In this document: positions 1-10,700 of the stretch, piece after piece
Position numbering within the stretch: the stretch's first letter is position 1
How the letters are laid out: every line of letters begins with the position of its first letter
Origin: Pseudogymnoascus verrucosus
Lineage: Eukaryota
Strand: one strand, 5' to 3'
Length of the DNA stretch: 64,000 bases
NCBI GenBank assembly: GCA_001662655.1
Contig: KV460206.1
Translations under genes and position numbers: made by a program
Notes under the pieces: generated by a model
The model's database searches: none
Told to the model about the DNA's origin: nothing
What the model saw: the letters and a program-made list of their open reading frames with translations, nothing else

Positions 1-694
1 GGAAAGAGCGTCTTGCATAGGCGTTATCACATTGGTGGCACCGGGTCCGGAGGTTACCAGAACCACACCTGGCTTTCCACATGCGCGGGCATAACCTTCG
101 GCCATATGTCCAGCACCCTGCTCGTGTTTCGGTAAGATGAATTCAAAATGTTTTGAGTTGTAGATGGCATCGAATACGGGGAGAATAGCGCCGCCAGGAT
201 ATCCAACTATGTTCACGGTTAGCTTTGAAGTTGGGGTTATTTATTCGGGCAACATACAAACATGCTTAACACCTTGTCTGAGCATCATCTCATGGAAGAT
301 TTCTCCTCCACTCATCCCAATGAACCTATTATGTCTATCAGTCCTGTCAAATTTCGAGGCACTAGTGCGACGTACGACTCATCCATCTCGGGTTGCCTCG
401 CATTCTGGAGAGGCTGCGGCTCATTTTGCTGAGGAGTTGTGTTGAATGTTGACGCCGGAGGTTCTCTTGCTTGCCTACAAAATCAGTCAGTTAGTACCGG
501 TCAATGAAGGTGGAATTGAGGAGGACTCACGACGAAGCAGCCGCGGTTGTGGCTTGTGACCTGGTAGTACCCGGAGTCTTTTTCGGTGCTGATATAACTC
601 TGGCGGCGGAAGAAGTTGAGAGAGGTTTCGATGTGCGGGTGGACGCCTTCACCAAGCTGCGGACAGCTGACCGCGCTGGTTGTGATCGGAGCAT
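1..694 (-). CDS. ILV2: Acetolactate synthase catalytic subunit, mitochondrial; 5' portion only, runs off the window start
   Basis: Spliced minus-strand reading: ATG at 694 with a basic targeting-like N-terminus ([12 protein letters not shown]); introns ~530-475, ~375-326, ~257-207. The exon 206-1 encodes [68 protein letters not shown], the hallmark ALS TPP-binding N-terminal domain. Confidence 0.95.
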
Positions 695-954
695 CGTGAG
701 GTTATTGTGAGAGATCGTCGGCCAAAGTCGGCGACTGAAAAAAAGAAATCGAAGTCGTGTGGCGACTTCAAAGGCCCTGTAAAGATAACACCAGGTACAG
801 CTAAAGAAGGGCTGTCCTTGTGTCCTGTTCCGCTATGGTGTTGTCTCGACAGGGCGGTGACAGCGAGGTTTTGGCACGCAATGACTTGTTATGCAAAGAG
901 CAATTGTAGAGTCATCCATGAGATATAGCCAGAACAAGAGGCGGACGGGCGACG

Positions 955-1075
955 ATCACGTGCACACGATATGTTTGTGAGAATTACGGCGATAAAATAG
1001 AGATTGGCCAATCAGAGTGTGGGGATTGACGTGGAGATCTCCGACCTCGGCGGGGAATAGGCGGGGATTGAGTCA
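955..1075. promoter_or_regulatory. Motif cluster in the divergent ILV2/GAL1 promoter: E-box, palindromic double CCAAT, CreA-like SYGGRG sites and a CpcA/Gcn4-type site
   Basis: ATCACGTG 955-962; GATTGGCCAATC palindrome 1002-1013; GTGGGG/GCGGGG around 1019-1066; TGAGTCA 1069-1075. These are consensus matches only; function is inferred. Confidence 0.45.
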
Positions 1076-1694
1076 GGTGACACAAGGTGCCCATAGCTCC
1101 CAATTTAAAAAGTATTTGTCCTATTTGTCTATTTGTGCCTGAGGATGTGGAACAAAGCTCATCGTCGGAGTATAGAGCCTGCATAGTTTGCGCGCGCTAT
1201 CGTACATTATTACACGTTATATGCGATCATACTCCTATCTTCGCTTTGTTTACTCATGGTGGCTTATATATATGGGGCATAAAAACAATATCTTGACCCG
1301 ACGGTGCGGGGAGAGTGCGGAGTTTTGGCCCATATAGAGGACATACGATGGTTTAATTGGTGGTGGAACTCAGGGTCCGCATTTACGTTGGCGTTCTCAT
1401 TGAGGGAGAATTGTATTGCGCTACCCTATGCTACGAGTCTGTAACCTGCCATACCACGTACGGAGCTGGCTGCTCAGGAAGAATTTGTATCATCCAAAAG
1501 GTTTTCTTTCCATCTCTCTTTCTTTCACCTATTTCCTGTCATTCCTCCCCGCAGCTGTGCTTGACAATCGACGAGATTCCCAGGCGTTGAGTATCAAAAG
1601 TCTTATCGCCCAGACTCGTCTTATCCCACCCACATATCCAACGAACCCCTCTTTTGCCCTTTAGAGCAGTCAGAGCACCAATTCTGTTGTCGAT

Positions 1695-3266
1695 ATGGCC
1701 GGCACAGTTCCAGTCGTTGCCTCTTTGGATGGCATTTATACTCAAGATGCAGTATCTGCGCAAATGAAGCGCTGGAGCCAGCTCCTCAGCACCTTCGAAT
1801 CCACATACAAGCACCCCGCATCCTTTGTATCCCGGTCCCCCGGTCGTGTCAACATAATCGGGGAGCACATCGACTACTCCCTCTATCCAGTCCTGCCCAT
1901 GGCAATTACATCAGACGCCATCTTCGCCGTCTCCTGTCCCGACGACTCTGCCTCGGCCTCCTCCAACACTTTCAAAATCCGCATATCGAATGTTGAGTCT
2001 GAGAAATTTCCCGCACACGAATTCGACATCCCATATGATAATGTCGATATCGACTCGAAGGTCCACGAGTGGACAAATTACTTCAAGTGCGGATTGAAGG
2101 GCGCCTTACAATTGCTTAAGAAAACACATGGCGAGGGGTTCCGTCCTAAGAGCATGAATGTGCTGATGGATGGCTCGATTCCAGCTGGTGGCGGACTTAG
2201 CAGCAGCGCTGCATTCGTCAGCGGCAGCGCTTTGGCGGTCATGGTCGCCAATGGCGTCAAGGATGTTAGCAAGATGGATTTGACTGAGATTGCCATCGTG
2301 GCCGAGCGAGAGGTGGGCGTCAACTCTGGTGGCATGGACCAGTCTGCCTCTGTCCTCTCCCTCCGAGGCAGCGCGCTCTACGTCTCCTTTGTGCCAGAGC
2401 TCTCGGCTCGCCCGGTCAAGTTCCCAAGCACAAACCCTGAACTCGCTTTCCTGATCGCACAATCATTCGTGCAATCAGACAAGCATGTCACTGGCCCCGT
2501 CTGCTACAACCTCCGTGTTGTCGAGTGCTCTCTGGCTGCTGCCTACCTTCACGCCCTCTTAAACGAGACAAAGGAGCCTCTTCCAGCTGACTCTGGGCCG
2601 CTGGGCATCAGCTTGTACGGTTTCCAAAAGGCATACTTCGCCAAGCGCAACTCCTCGGCATCAATCAACGAGCAGCTGCCCGAGCTGGTCGAGAAGGTGA
2701 AGTCCACATTCACAAAGGAAGAGGGCTATACTCGCGAAGAAATCGCAAAGGTCATCGGCATGACCGTCCCAGAGCTTGAGCAGCGATTCGAATCTACCTT
2801 CCCTGTCCGCGCGGAGACATTCAAGCTGCGCCAGCGCGCCCTCCACGTCTTCTCTGAGGCTTTACGTGTCTCTGAGTTTATTAAGCTGCTCGAACAACCA
2901 GCCGAAGAGCTTGAGCGCGATGCTTCTGGTTCTACGGAGAGCTATAACCGCAAGCTAGGCGATATCATGAATGAGACGCAGGATAGCTGCAGGGACCTGT
3001 ATGAATGCAGTTGCCCTGAGCTCGACGAGCTGTGTGCTATTGCAAGGAAGGCAGGGGGTTATGGAAGCAGATTGACTGGTGCAGGATGGGGTGGATGCAG
3101 TGTGCATCTTGTCCCCGCTGACAAGGTAGAGGCGGTTAAGGAGGCTTGGGAGAAGGAGTATTATAGCAAGAAGCAGTTGACTGCGGAGCAGAAGGAGGGT
3201 GCTGTTGTTGTTAGCAGGCCGGGGAGCGGCAGTGCCGTGTTCCTGGTGAAGGATGGGGGTTTGTAG
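1695..3266 (+). CDS. GAL1: Galactokinase (GHMP family), intronless
   Basis: 523 aa ORF with PGRVNIIGEHIDY, the ATP-binding loop IPAGGGLSSSAA, GGMDQ and GSRLTGAGWGGC motifs. Confidence 0.96.
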   Translation: MAGTVPVVASLDGIYTQDAVSAQMKRWSQLLSTFESTYKHPASFVSRSPGRVNIIGEHIDYSLYPVLPMAITSDAIFAVSCPDDSASASSNTFKIRISNVESEKFPAHEFDIPYDNVDIDSKVHEWTNYFKCGLKGALQLLKKTHGEGFRPKSMNVLMDGSIPAGGGLSSSAAFVSGSALAVMVANGVKDVSKMDLTEIAIVAEREVGVNSGGMDQSASVLSLRGSALYVSFVPELSARPVKFPSTNPELAFLIAQSFVQSDKHVTGPVCYNLRVVECSLAAAYLHALLNETKEPLPADSGPLGISLYGFQKAYFAKRNSSASINEQLPELVEKVKSTFTKEEGYTREEIAKVIGMTVPELEQRFESTFPVRAETFKLRQRALHVFSEALRVSEFIKLLEQPAEELERDASGSTESYNRKLGDIMNETQDSCRDLYECSCPELDELCAIARKAGGYGSRLTGAGWGGCSVHLVPADKVEAVKEAWEKEYYSKKQLTAEQKEGAVVVSRPGSGSAVFLVKDGGL

Positions 3267-3460
3267 ATATTATACGTATGCATATATTATCTATCACTTT
3301 ATCTCCATCATTCTATCCATTTCCTCATATATGCAGGCTTCATTTTTCTGATGGTTGAGCTGTTTTCTTTATTACCGTCGCAGATATTCGGTTGGTGCCT
3401 GGTTACTCGCTCATTCGGCCTCGACGGGCATAGAACAAGACACTAACAACATGCAACAGT

Positions 3461-3519
3461 ATGGAACGAAATGCAATGGGATGGAACGAAACGCAATGGA
3501 ATGGAATGGAACGAAATGC
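3461..3519. repeat. Short degenerate tandem repeat (ATGGAACGAAA[TC]GCA, about 3 copies)
   Basis: atggaacgaaatgcaatggg / atggaacgaaacgcaatgga / atggaatggaacgaaatgc read directly. Confidence 0.6.
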
Positions 3520-3966
3520 CGCTCGGTCTCACAGATTTATATGACGAAAATAGTTCAATAATTGTGCTGAACTTTGTGGGCTCAGTTAGACTTTCTCACT
3601 TCGCCGCGTCCATTCGATGTAAGTCCTCGACGCTGCAAGAATAGTGTGCATCCTTCCTAGCCTATCCACGACGACTCGTCTGTGAGTCTGGAGATGGCTC
3701 TGTGTGGTTTCTAGTCTCGTCTGGCCTCATTTGTTTTGCTATATATACATGCTTTCAAATATCTTCCTATTATGACTCTTTTTCAAGCCATCGACACACC
3801 AGGAGCTCTCGTGGACACCAATTTGCTTCACTGAAGGAAAGATTTATAGTAAGTGACAGTCCTACGCCCATAACTTGGCCCCAAAATATATCGCCCGAAA
3901 AAGGGGCAGGGGGAAATATGAAGTCTAACGGTCCCAGTTCAGGTGCTCCAAGACTTGTCAGCGACG

Positions 3967-4638
3967 ATGGCCCCCGCGGACCCTTTGAAGCCAGCAGCCA
4001 AAGAGCCAAAGACGTTGAGGAGGTTCAAATTATTCCCCAAACTCCCCACCGAAATCCGACTCATGATCTGGACCCTCCTCTTGCCACCTCCACGGGTCGT
4101 CGACATCCGGATGCGTCGAAAGTCCATCCCTACATCCGCGGGAGAAATCTTAGATGTCGGTCGGTTTATCAGCTCAGTCGACCACCCCATCATCCTGCAC
4201 GTGTGCTCTGAATCTCGCAGAGTGGCCCGACAACACTACAAGCTCTCGTTTCCCAAGAAGACGAATACGGAGTGGTCGCCGGCTCAGACATATATCGACT
4301 TTGACAACGACACGGTCTGGTTCGATAACCTGCGCTACTTTCCTACTACGCCGTCCACGAATTCACCAAAGACCCTTCCCATGGCTGAGTTTGCCAAGAT
4401 CAAAAAACTCGCTATGCGGCACGAGATAGATCGTGTGCTGCTGGATAGTACGAAATTGTTTAATCCGAAGCACTTTCCGGCGCTGGAGGATATATATGTG
4501 GTTGACCATAAAGTATACCCTCACGAGATCTTGTTGGTTGTTTACGGGACCTATACCAGTGAGACCTTGGAAAAGGTGTGGGAGAAGGAGAAGAAATGTC
4601 CTACTGTTTACTTGGCCAGTGCGGGTGAGATATCTTGA
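3967..4638 (+). CDS. 2EXR-domain protein
   Basis: FKLFPKLPTEIRLMIW...PPRVV...PIILHVCSESR...TYIDFDNDTVWF is the typical fungal 2EXR signature. The first in-frame ATG is at 3967; the ORF track starts at an upstream GTG. Confidence 0.85.
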   Translation: MAPADPLKPAAKEPKTLRRFKLFPKLPTEIRLMIWTLLLPPPRVVDIRMRRKSIPTSAGEILDVGRFISSVDHPIILHVCSESRRVARQHYKLSFPKKTNTEWSPAQTYIDFDNDTVWFDNLRYFPTTPSTNSPKTLPMAEFAKIKKLAMRHEIDRVLLDSTKLFNPKHFPALEDIYVVDHKVYPHEILLVVYGTYTSETLEKVWEKEKKCPTVYLASAGEIS

Positions 4639-4980
4639 GGGTATCTGAAGTTGATTCGATGTAGGGCAGCCCTGGGGGTTGCAGTAGCTCCCATCTGGAT
4701 ACGTGGAGGAGATTTTTATTGTAGGGAATTATATCATCCGGCTGTCTTTCATTTATAAGATGTCCAAATACCATATATGCAGTATAAAACCCCCATCTAC
4801 ACCCGAACTATTTAACGCTCAAACTTTTAACGTGTATTGATTTCGCAACTGTGGCTAGCAAACTCAACCGAACCGTAATCTCATGTTCTCGTAATCGATT
4901 TCTTGCTTCCTCTTGATTTTATCTTGAATCCCTCCTTGTCCCCCACTCCGTTTTCTCTTCCCTTTAAATTTGGAAAACAT

Positions 4981-5320
4981 GGGGTTATATAACCCCGTTA
5001 TGAATTTATGAAGTTACGCTCCACGACTGGAAGGAACGAACGGGAGAAGGGACAAGAAGGAAGGAACGGCGGTACAGCGGGAAGGAGAGAAGGAACGAAT
5101 GGCGGATAGAGCAAAGGGGGGAAGGAACGAGGGAGGTAACGGGAGGAGGGACGGAGGAAGGAACGAATGACAGATAGATAAGGAGGGAAGGAGCGGGGGA
5201 ATGGTAATAAGGGAAAGAGCGAGGGAAGGAACGAATGGCAGATAGAGAGAAGGAGGGAAGGAACGAATGGCAGATAGATAAATAGAGGAAAGAGCGGAGG
5301 AGGGAACGGGGGAAGGAACG
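4981..5320. repeat. Purine-rich minisatellite (core GAAGGAACG, ~30-35 bp period) preceded by a perfect 16-bp palindrome
   Basis: Core at ~5029, 5059, 5089, 5120, 5156, 5224, 5256, 5311, with some units extended as GGAAGGAACGAATGGCAGATAGA. GGGGTTATATAACCCC at 4981-4996. Confidence 0.8.
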
Positions 5321-5639
5321 CATAGGTGGTAGAAAGAATTGGAAGGCACGGCGAATCCAGGCTGAGATATCTTTCAAGAAATGAGCTACTGGCCAACATC
5401 CATTACAGCACAGAAACATCAGCATCGTCTCGTCCAGCTAGCTACGGAGATTTTGTGGAGGAGTGACGAGAAATGGGATAGGATCTGATGAAACTTTTAT
5501 ACGGGCTCTCGCTCTGCGAGGTTGCTGATGATCATTATTCCAACGCCAATTGACTGCTGTCGCCTTCAAACCCATTTCGTCACAGTTTCACAACTTGATG
5601 TTGCAAGTAACTATATTTATTCATTCGTAGCAGATTCCT

Positions 5640-5950
5640 GATTAAAATCGGCGAAACTCTATCTCAGTCCAATGTTATATTCCACCATGCCCACACGTTG
5701 CTACCCCACTGATTTCTGGTTCTTGGCAAACGCTTGCAATATCAATGATACTATCAGCCTGGCAGTTGAAAGAAGAGTCATCAGTGAGGAAATTGTTCCC
5801 AACTCTTCTAAATCCGAGGTCCTCTTTTTCTAGTAAATCAGCAAGCGTCTTGTCGTCGTTTTTGTCGCTTGTGCATGTTGCAACATCCCCCTACGTGCCG
5901 TCTGGGCCCTCGAATTTCACACTACCGCCAAGGATGGTGTGGAAAATCCA
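5640..5950 (-). pseudogene. Possible decayed coding remnant
   Basis: One minus-strand frame reads IFHTILGGSVKFEGPDGT*GDVATCTSDKNDDKTLADLLEKEDLGFRRVGNNFLTDDSSF...GGI*HWTEIEFRRF*. It is protein-like but broken by TAG/TAA stops; no family recognised. Confidence 0.25.
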
Positions 5951-6579
5951 GAGCCCAGTTAGAATTGAGTATGGGGAGGGCCACATTCTAGGTGAAGAGC
6001 GTGATGTCTGAGAGTTGTAAACGGGGTCAATTGTCGAGGGTCTCTGTTATGCTCTTTTTTTGGTCTTTTAGTTCGTAATGGTTAGCAATTTTTGAAGGAC
6101 TTTCACCTCGCATTTATAACAATTTCAAGGTGTTACTTCTCCCATCTTCAATCCGTGGCTTAAGACCTGTTCTGGCTCCTCTGAAACAAAGAACTCGTGA
6201 CTTATGGTTGGAGGCTTGTATCACTTCTCACGCCAACCTGGTTCTACGAAGCTGAGCCTGCTCTAGAACATGATGTGTGATGGTACGCGAGTTATACATA
6301 TTGGTGCTCACCTATTCGACCTTGTCTTTGTGTGACAGTAATGAGTCTTAGACTACGATTTGGGAAAGCTCAATGCGTCGTCGCAAGAACCCGGGACTAC
6401 TACGACTAAGACTGGGGAGGGCATCGAAGCCGAGGAGGAATAACGTGTATATTCCTTCTCCTAGAAAGTCCAATTTGTCTGATGTGCCCATGGGTGGGGT
6501 CAGAGGCGCCCAGATCATTGACATAGCCAGTATCGCCAGCGAACCAAGAACCCACAGAGTTGGTTCAGATTATTCATGC

Positions 6580-7770
6580 TGTGAGCCCCATTTCTCACTA
6601 TTCGACTGCTGTTGTCACTTCCCCCCTACTGTCGCTACCCCTTTATCGCCGCTTCCACAAAGCATCGGGCTCTTCCCCAACGCCTCCTCATAACCCCCCC
6701 TCAAAGACCAATCTCTCCTGAGCATCCTATTTCGTTGAGCACATTTCAGGCAACCTTGCAAGCAAATGGAGATATTGTAAGATATCGTTGTTTACAACAG
6801 TTTTGGAAGGCACTACCATACCATTTGCTCCCATGTGGGCGTCCACATGGTAACATCGTCGACCACTACTTCAACGCCAGATAAATCGTTGGCACTTCCA
6901 CAACCTGTCTCTCACAATACATTGCATACGGCTGTGGACGCTGCGGAAAATTGAGGAAGGGGTGTGAGATCATATAACAGCGCCAGTGTGACAATAGGGA
7001 AAATAAAATATAAACCCATCTATCGATCAACCCCCAATTCAATGCGTTGAGCTTCCTATATATTTTTCATCAGGGAAGCCGACCAAACCCAGTCAATGAG
7101 GCGACTGCGTCGTTGGCTGGCACCCTTTTGTCACCATTTCACTCCTGTTGTCATTACCCCTTTCTCACCGTTTGGGCTCCTGTCGTCGCTACCCTCTTGT
7201 CACCGATTGCACCCCCGCCACCCCTCACTATCATAGCTTCTGATATCTCTGGTTCAAACCGGACCCGCCGGAAACCTTGCTCAGGTTCGACTCGGGCCGC
7301 AGTAATAGCTTACATGCCTCTCCGAAGATATCTCCATAATTTGCGTAGAAAGCGGTACGTTGTGCTGCTCCGACGCCAGATATATCGCTGTCGCTTTCGC
7401 AGTCAGTCCTTCATGGTGCGTGGCACATAGCTATGGTAGCTGTAGAAAATGGAGGAAGGGTAAGGTGAGATCATATAACAGCGCCAGTGAGGCAACAGGA
7501 AAAATAAGAAGATATAAAAGCCACTTCTGCGCTTGCACTTTCCCATTTTTCAAAGCTAATCACAGTCAGATCATATCACTCGATTTTGGCGTGCGGTATA
7601 TAGGCAGAGATGGACGAGGGGGATTATGAGTGAAATCTAATGAAACTCGCACACTTGTGTGTTTGCTCTTGTCAACCCCTTTTTTTTTCTCACCGTTTGA
7701 GCTCTTGTTGTCGGTACCCCTTTCTCACAGGGTTTTCTCCCCGCTAGGCTCTATTGTCACCGTCTCTAGA
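6580..7770. repeat. Degenerate ~500-540 bp tandem repeat (2 full copies plus 1 partial)
   Basis: GTGAGATCATATAACAGCGCCAGTG at ~6964 and ~7465; ACGCCAGATA at ~6874 and ~7373; TGTTGTCA...TGTCGCTACCC blocks at ~6610, ~7146, ~7668; TTCTCACCGTTTG at ~7162 and ~7687. Confidence 0.7.
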
Positions 7771-10700
7771 AATATATCGGAACTGTTAAGTTAGAATTTA
7801 GAGCTGGACATGTGTAAAGGCGTGTACTTACTATGGTGCGAAGACGGAAGCATGTTGGAAAAGACGGAGGCGGATGCGTGTTGGAGCGAAAGCGTGTTGG
7901 GTATTGACTTACTGGCCGTGATGGTCGCAGGGGCTTTTATCCCAGGATCGGGGCGACTGTGGCACTGGAGCCAGCAACGGCCGACGGCAGCTTGTCGGAT
8001 GCTCCATCGGTTCTGGCAATCTCGTAGACAAATATGTAAATCTTTGTGGCATCATGTATTTACTTTGCGTCAGGGATAATTCAGAAACTTGGCTCTAGTT
8101 GGAACATGAGTTTGATAAATTGCAGTTTGAAATAGGAATTGTAGAATGATATTTCAATTTATATTACTTTTTTTAAACAATAAAATAAAAACCTTGGTAC
8201 AAAATTATTCATAAATAAAATGAATATATAAACGGTTATTTCCCAGCCTAGCATAAACAACCACATACATAGCCATTAAATCTCATCTCACCAGCTGAAA
8301 TTTGAATATAACATCACTCACTCATATCATCTCGTCGTCCCCGGATCGGACTTATTAATTATCCGCCCTCGCAACCACAATCACATGACCACTCACCCGT
8401 TGCCAAACCCATCGCCCACCCAACAAACCAAACAGGCCACCCAAACCCGCCAGCCTTCTCGTACGACTCAGCGTCCCACCCCCGTACAACCCCAGAGCCT
8501 CATCTGACCCTCCTCCTCCAGGCGCCCACTCCCCCTTGCACCTCCAGTATCACATCGTGACCAACGCCTCCACCTCGGTGACAGTGACGACAGTGACATT
8601 CAACCCCCTCTCAATGAGCGACATGTCACATCCCCCCCGTCCGTGCGACGCAATAAGGTTCACCACCGGTCGGCGGTAATGGGGCAAGAGTGGGAGGGAG
8701 GGAGTTCGTCACAAATCATATTGGCAATCTATCCGTGACGCGTGGGGAGCACACGCACATAACATTCCATTCCACCCCAGCGGATCCCGCTCAGCGCTCC
8801 CTTGCAGGGCGTCTCGCTCGCGAGGGAGCGTTGGAAGTGGGCGGGAAAGAGTGAGAAGTGACAGAGCTTACGGTAGGAATTGTCACAACTGACCAAAAGA
8901 TGACAGCTAGAACAGCTGGGATACAGCTATTCTCGGCGCAAATCCTACGCTACGCCCCTCCACTGCGGCGCACTGGGATCTGACCCATCCCAGCGCAGTT
9001 GTGTGGCAAAAATAGCGATCGTAGCGCGCGTTCCCATCGGGCATCGCCTTCTCCGTCCGTCCCCAGGTGCACGCACGGCCGTTCTAGGCCTGGGAATCAC
9101 GCACGTCAGTCCAGTACCATGGCTTCAAGGCTTGCACCACGGCACGCGCGGGACAGACGGCGTGGTAGGTACGTGGGAGGGAGTCCCAGAGCGGAGGACC
9201 TGGGAAAATATGCGTATCCCGGTGACCGAGCCTGGGAAAGGAAGGGGGTGTGTTCGACTGGGCTGGGCTGGGCGTTTCGGTGACTATGACGGAATGCGGC
9301 GTGGGCGAGGGGACAATACAGTGAGTTGCGGCAGGTAAGTTACAGTGGTAGGCTAGATCTTTCTGGTGCCAGGGACAGCGAGATGAGACGCCCATACTGT
9401 ACCACCGATCCCGTCGATCACTCGGCCAACATCCTCACCGCACCAGATCGACCACCATCCATCAAACCTGTCCCCATCGATAGCCTGATGCGAACCGTCC
9501 TCATCGCAAGGCGGCCGTCCGTAAGCCCAGCGGCACATCCTCCCACAGCAACAAAGGCCGCAACCAACCAACCAACCAACCTTCCATCCCCGTTGCCCAA
9601 TCAGCACCCTGAACCGCGATCCTCGCTGCCTGCCGTCAGCAACACCACACACGGCAGCACACTCAGGGACCCAATCAGCGCACCCGCCGCGGATCGAGGG
9701 GACGCGGCGCCACGAGGCGTGCTGCTTGCTGCCCTGGCGCTGACTTGGGCGATGGGTTCTGGAAACGCTGATCGCAGACCCACATAGTGAGGTCTCGGAA
9801 CGCGCAAAAGGCCCTGGATACGTCTTACCTGTCCTGTACGGTAGTGGAGGGGGAATTTGTAAAGATGCTAAGAGACAGGAGTGGGGTCAGGCTGGGTGCG
9901 GGCGCCAAGCGGGGGGGGGTTACTACTGGTTTTTTTCTTGCTGTTACTGTTTCTTGATTACGGTGGCGCTAATTTTGGGACGGACGGGTTTGGGAGATGT
10001 GTCTTACAGTTGCTGTGAGGTGAGTGCTTCATGTACCGGGCGGATGTGGTGTGGACCTGGTGGGGTGGAGGGGCGGCGGGCGGAGCGGTCGAGGGCGAGG
10101 GTGAGGTGAAAATAAGTCTGTTCTGTGTGTGTCTCACACCAGGCGCGATGATGCATGCTTGCGTACGGGAAACACGGTACGGTAACAGAAAAAGCAGCAA
10201 CTCCACAGCAACCGCACAGTCCACTTCACTACAGCAGTAGCAGCACAGTACGGAGTGCAGCGACAACTACACAACCAGACAACTAGCTAGACTTCTGACC
10301 AAAAGCTGACTCGATCTCCACACAAGCTCTCACCTTCGCCACCAATTGCGCGGCCAGTGCGACGGCAACGGCTGCCATTGGCCCGTGCGCACCGTCGACG
10401 CTTGGGCGAGATGGGAAGCTCGTGCAGCATCGACCGGTGATATTGTCCGGAGTTGGTGAGTTGTATGGATGGTCGATGCACGCAATCACGGCAGGCAGAG
10501 CGGGAGGCAGCCAGTTAGGTTGTGTGCCTTTCCTGCTTGGCTGCCTGGGTTGCCTGCCTGCCTGTCTGTCTGTCTGGTGGTGTGCCTATGGGAGTCCTTC
10601 CAATTTGGAGGTGACTGATCATCCCCTCTGCTTCCAGTCGAATCAGAACCCTCCGTCCGCCTCGCGGGTTTCCTGTCGCCAGCCTTGTCGTGTCGGGGGG

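Noticed and set aside
1695..3266. GAL gene cluster
   Set aside because: There is no GAL7 or GAL10 in the window; an unclustered galactokinase is normal in filamentous ascomycetes.
4998..5425. Three overlapping minus-strand ORFs of 111-139 aa
   Set aside because: These are open only because the pyrimidine-rich strand of the minisatellite lacks stops; the translations are low-complexity.
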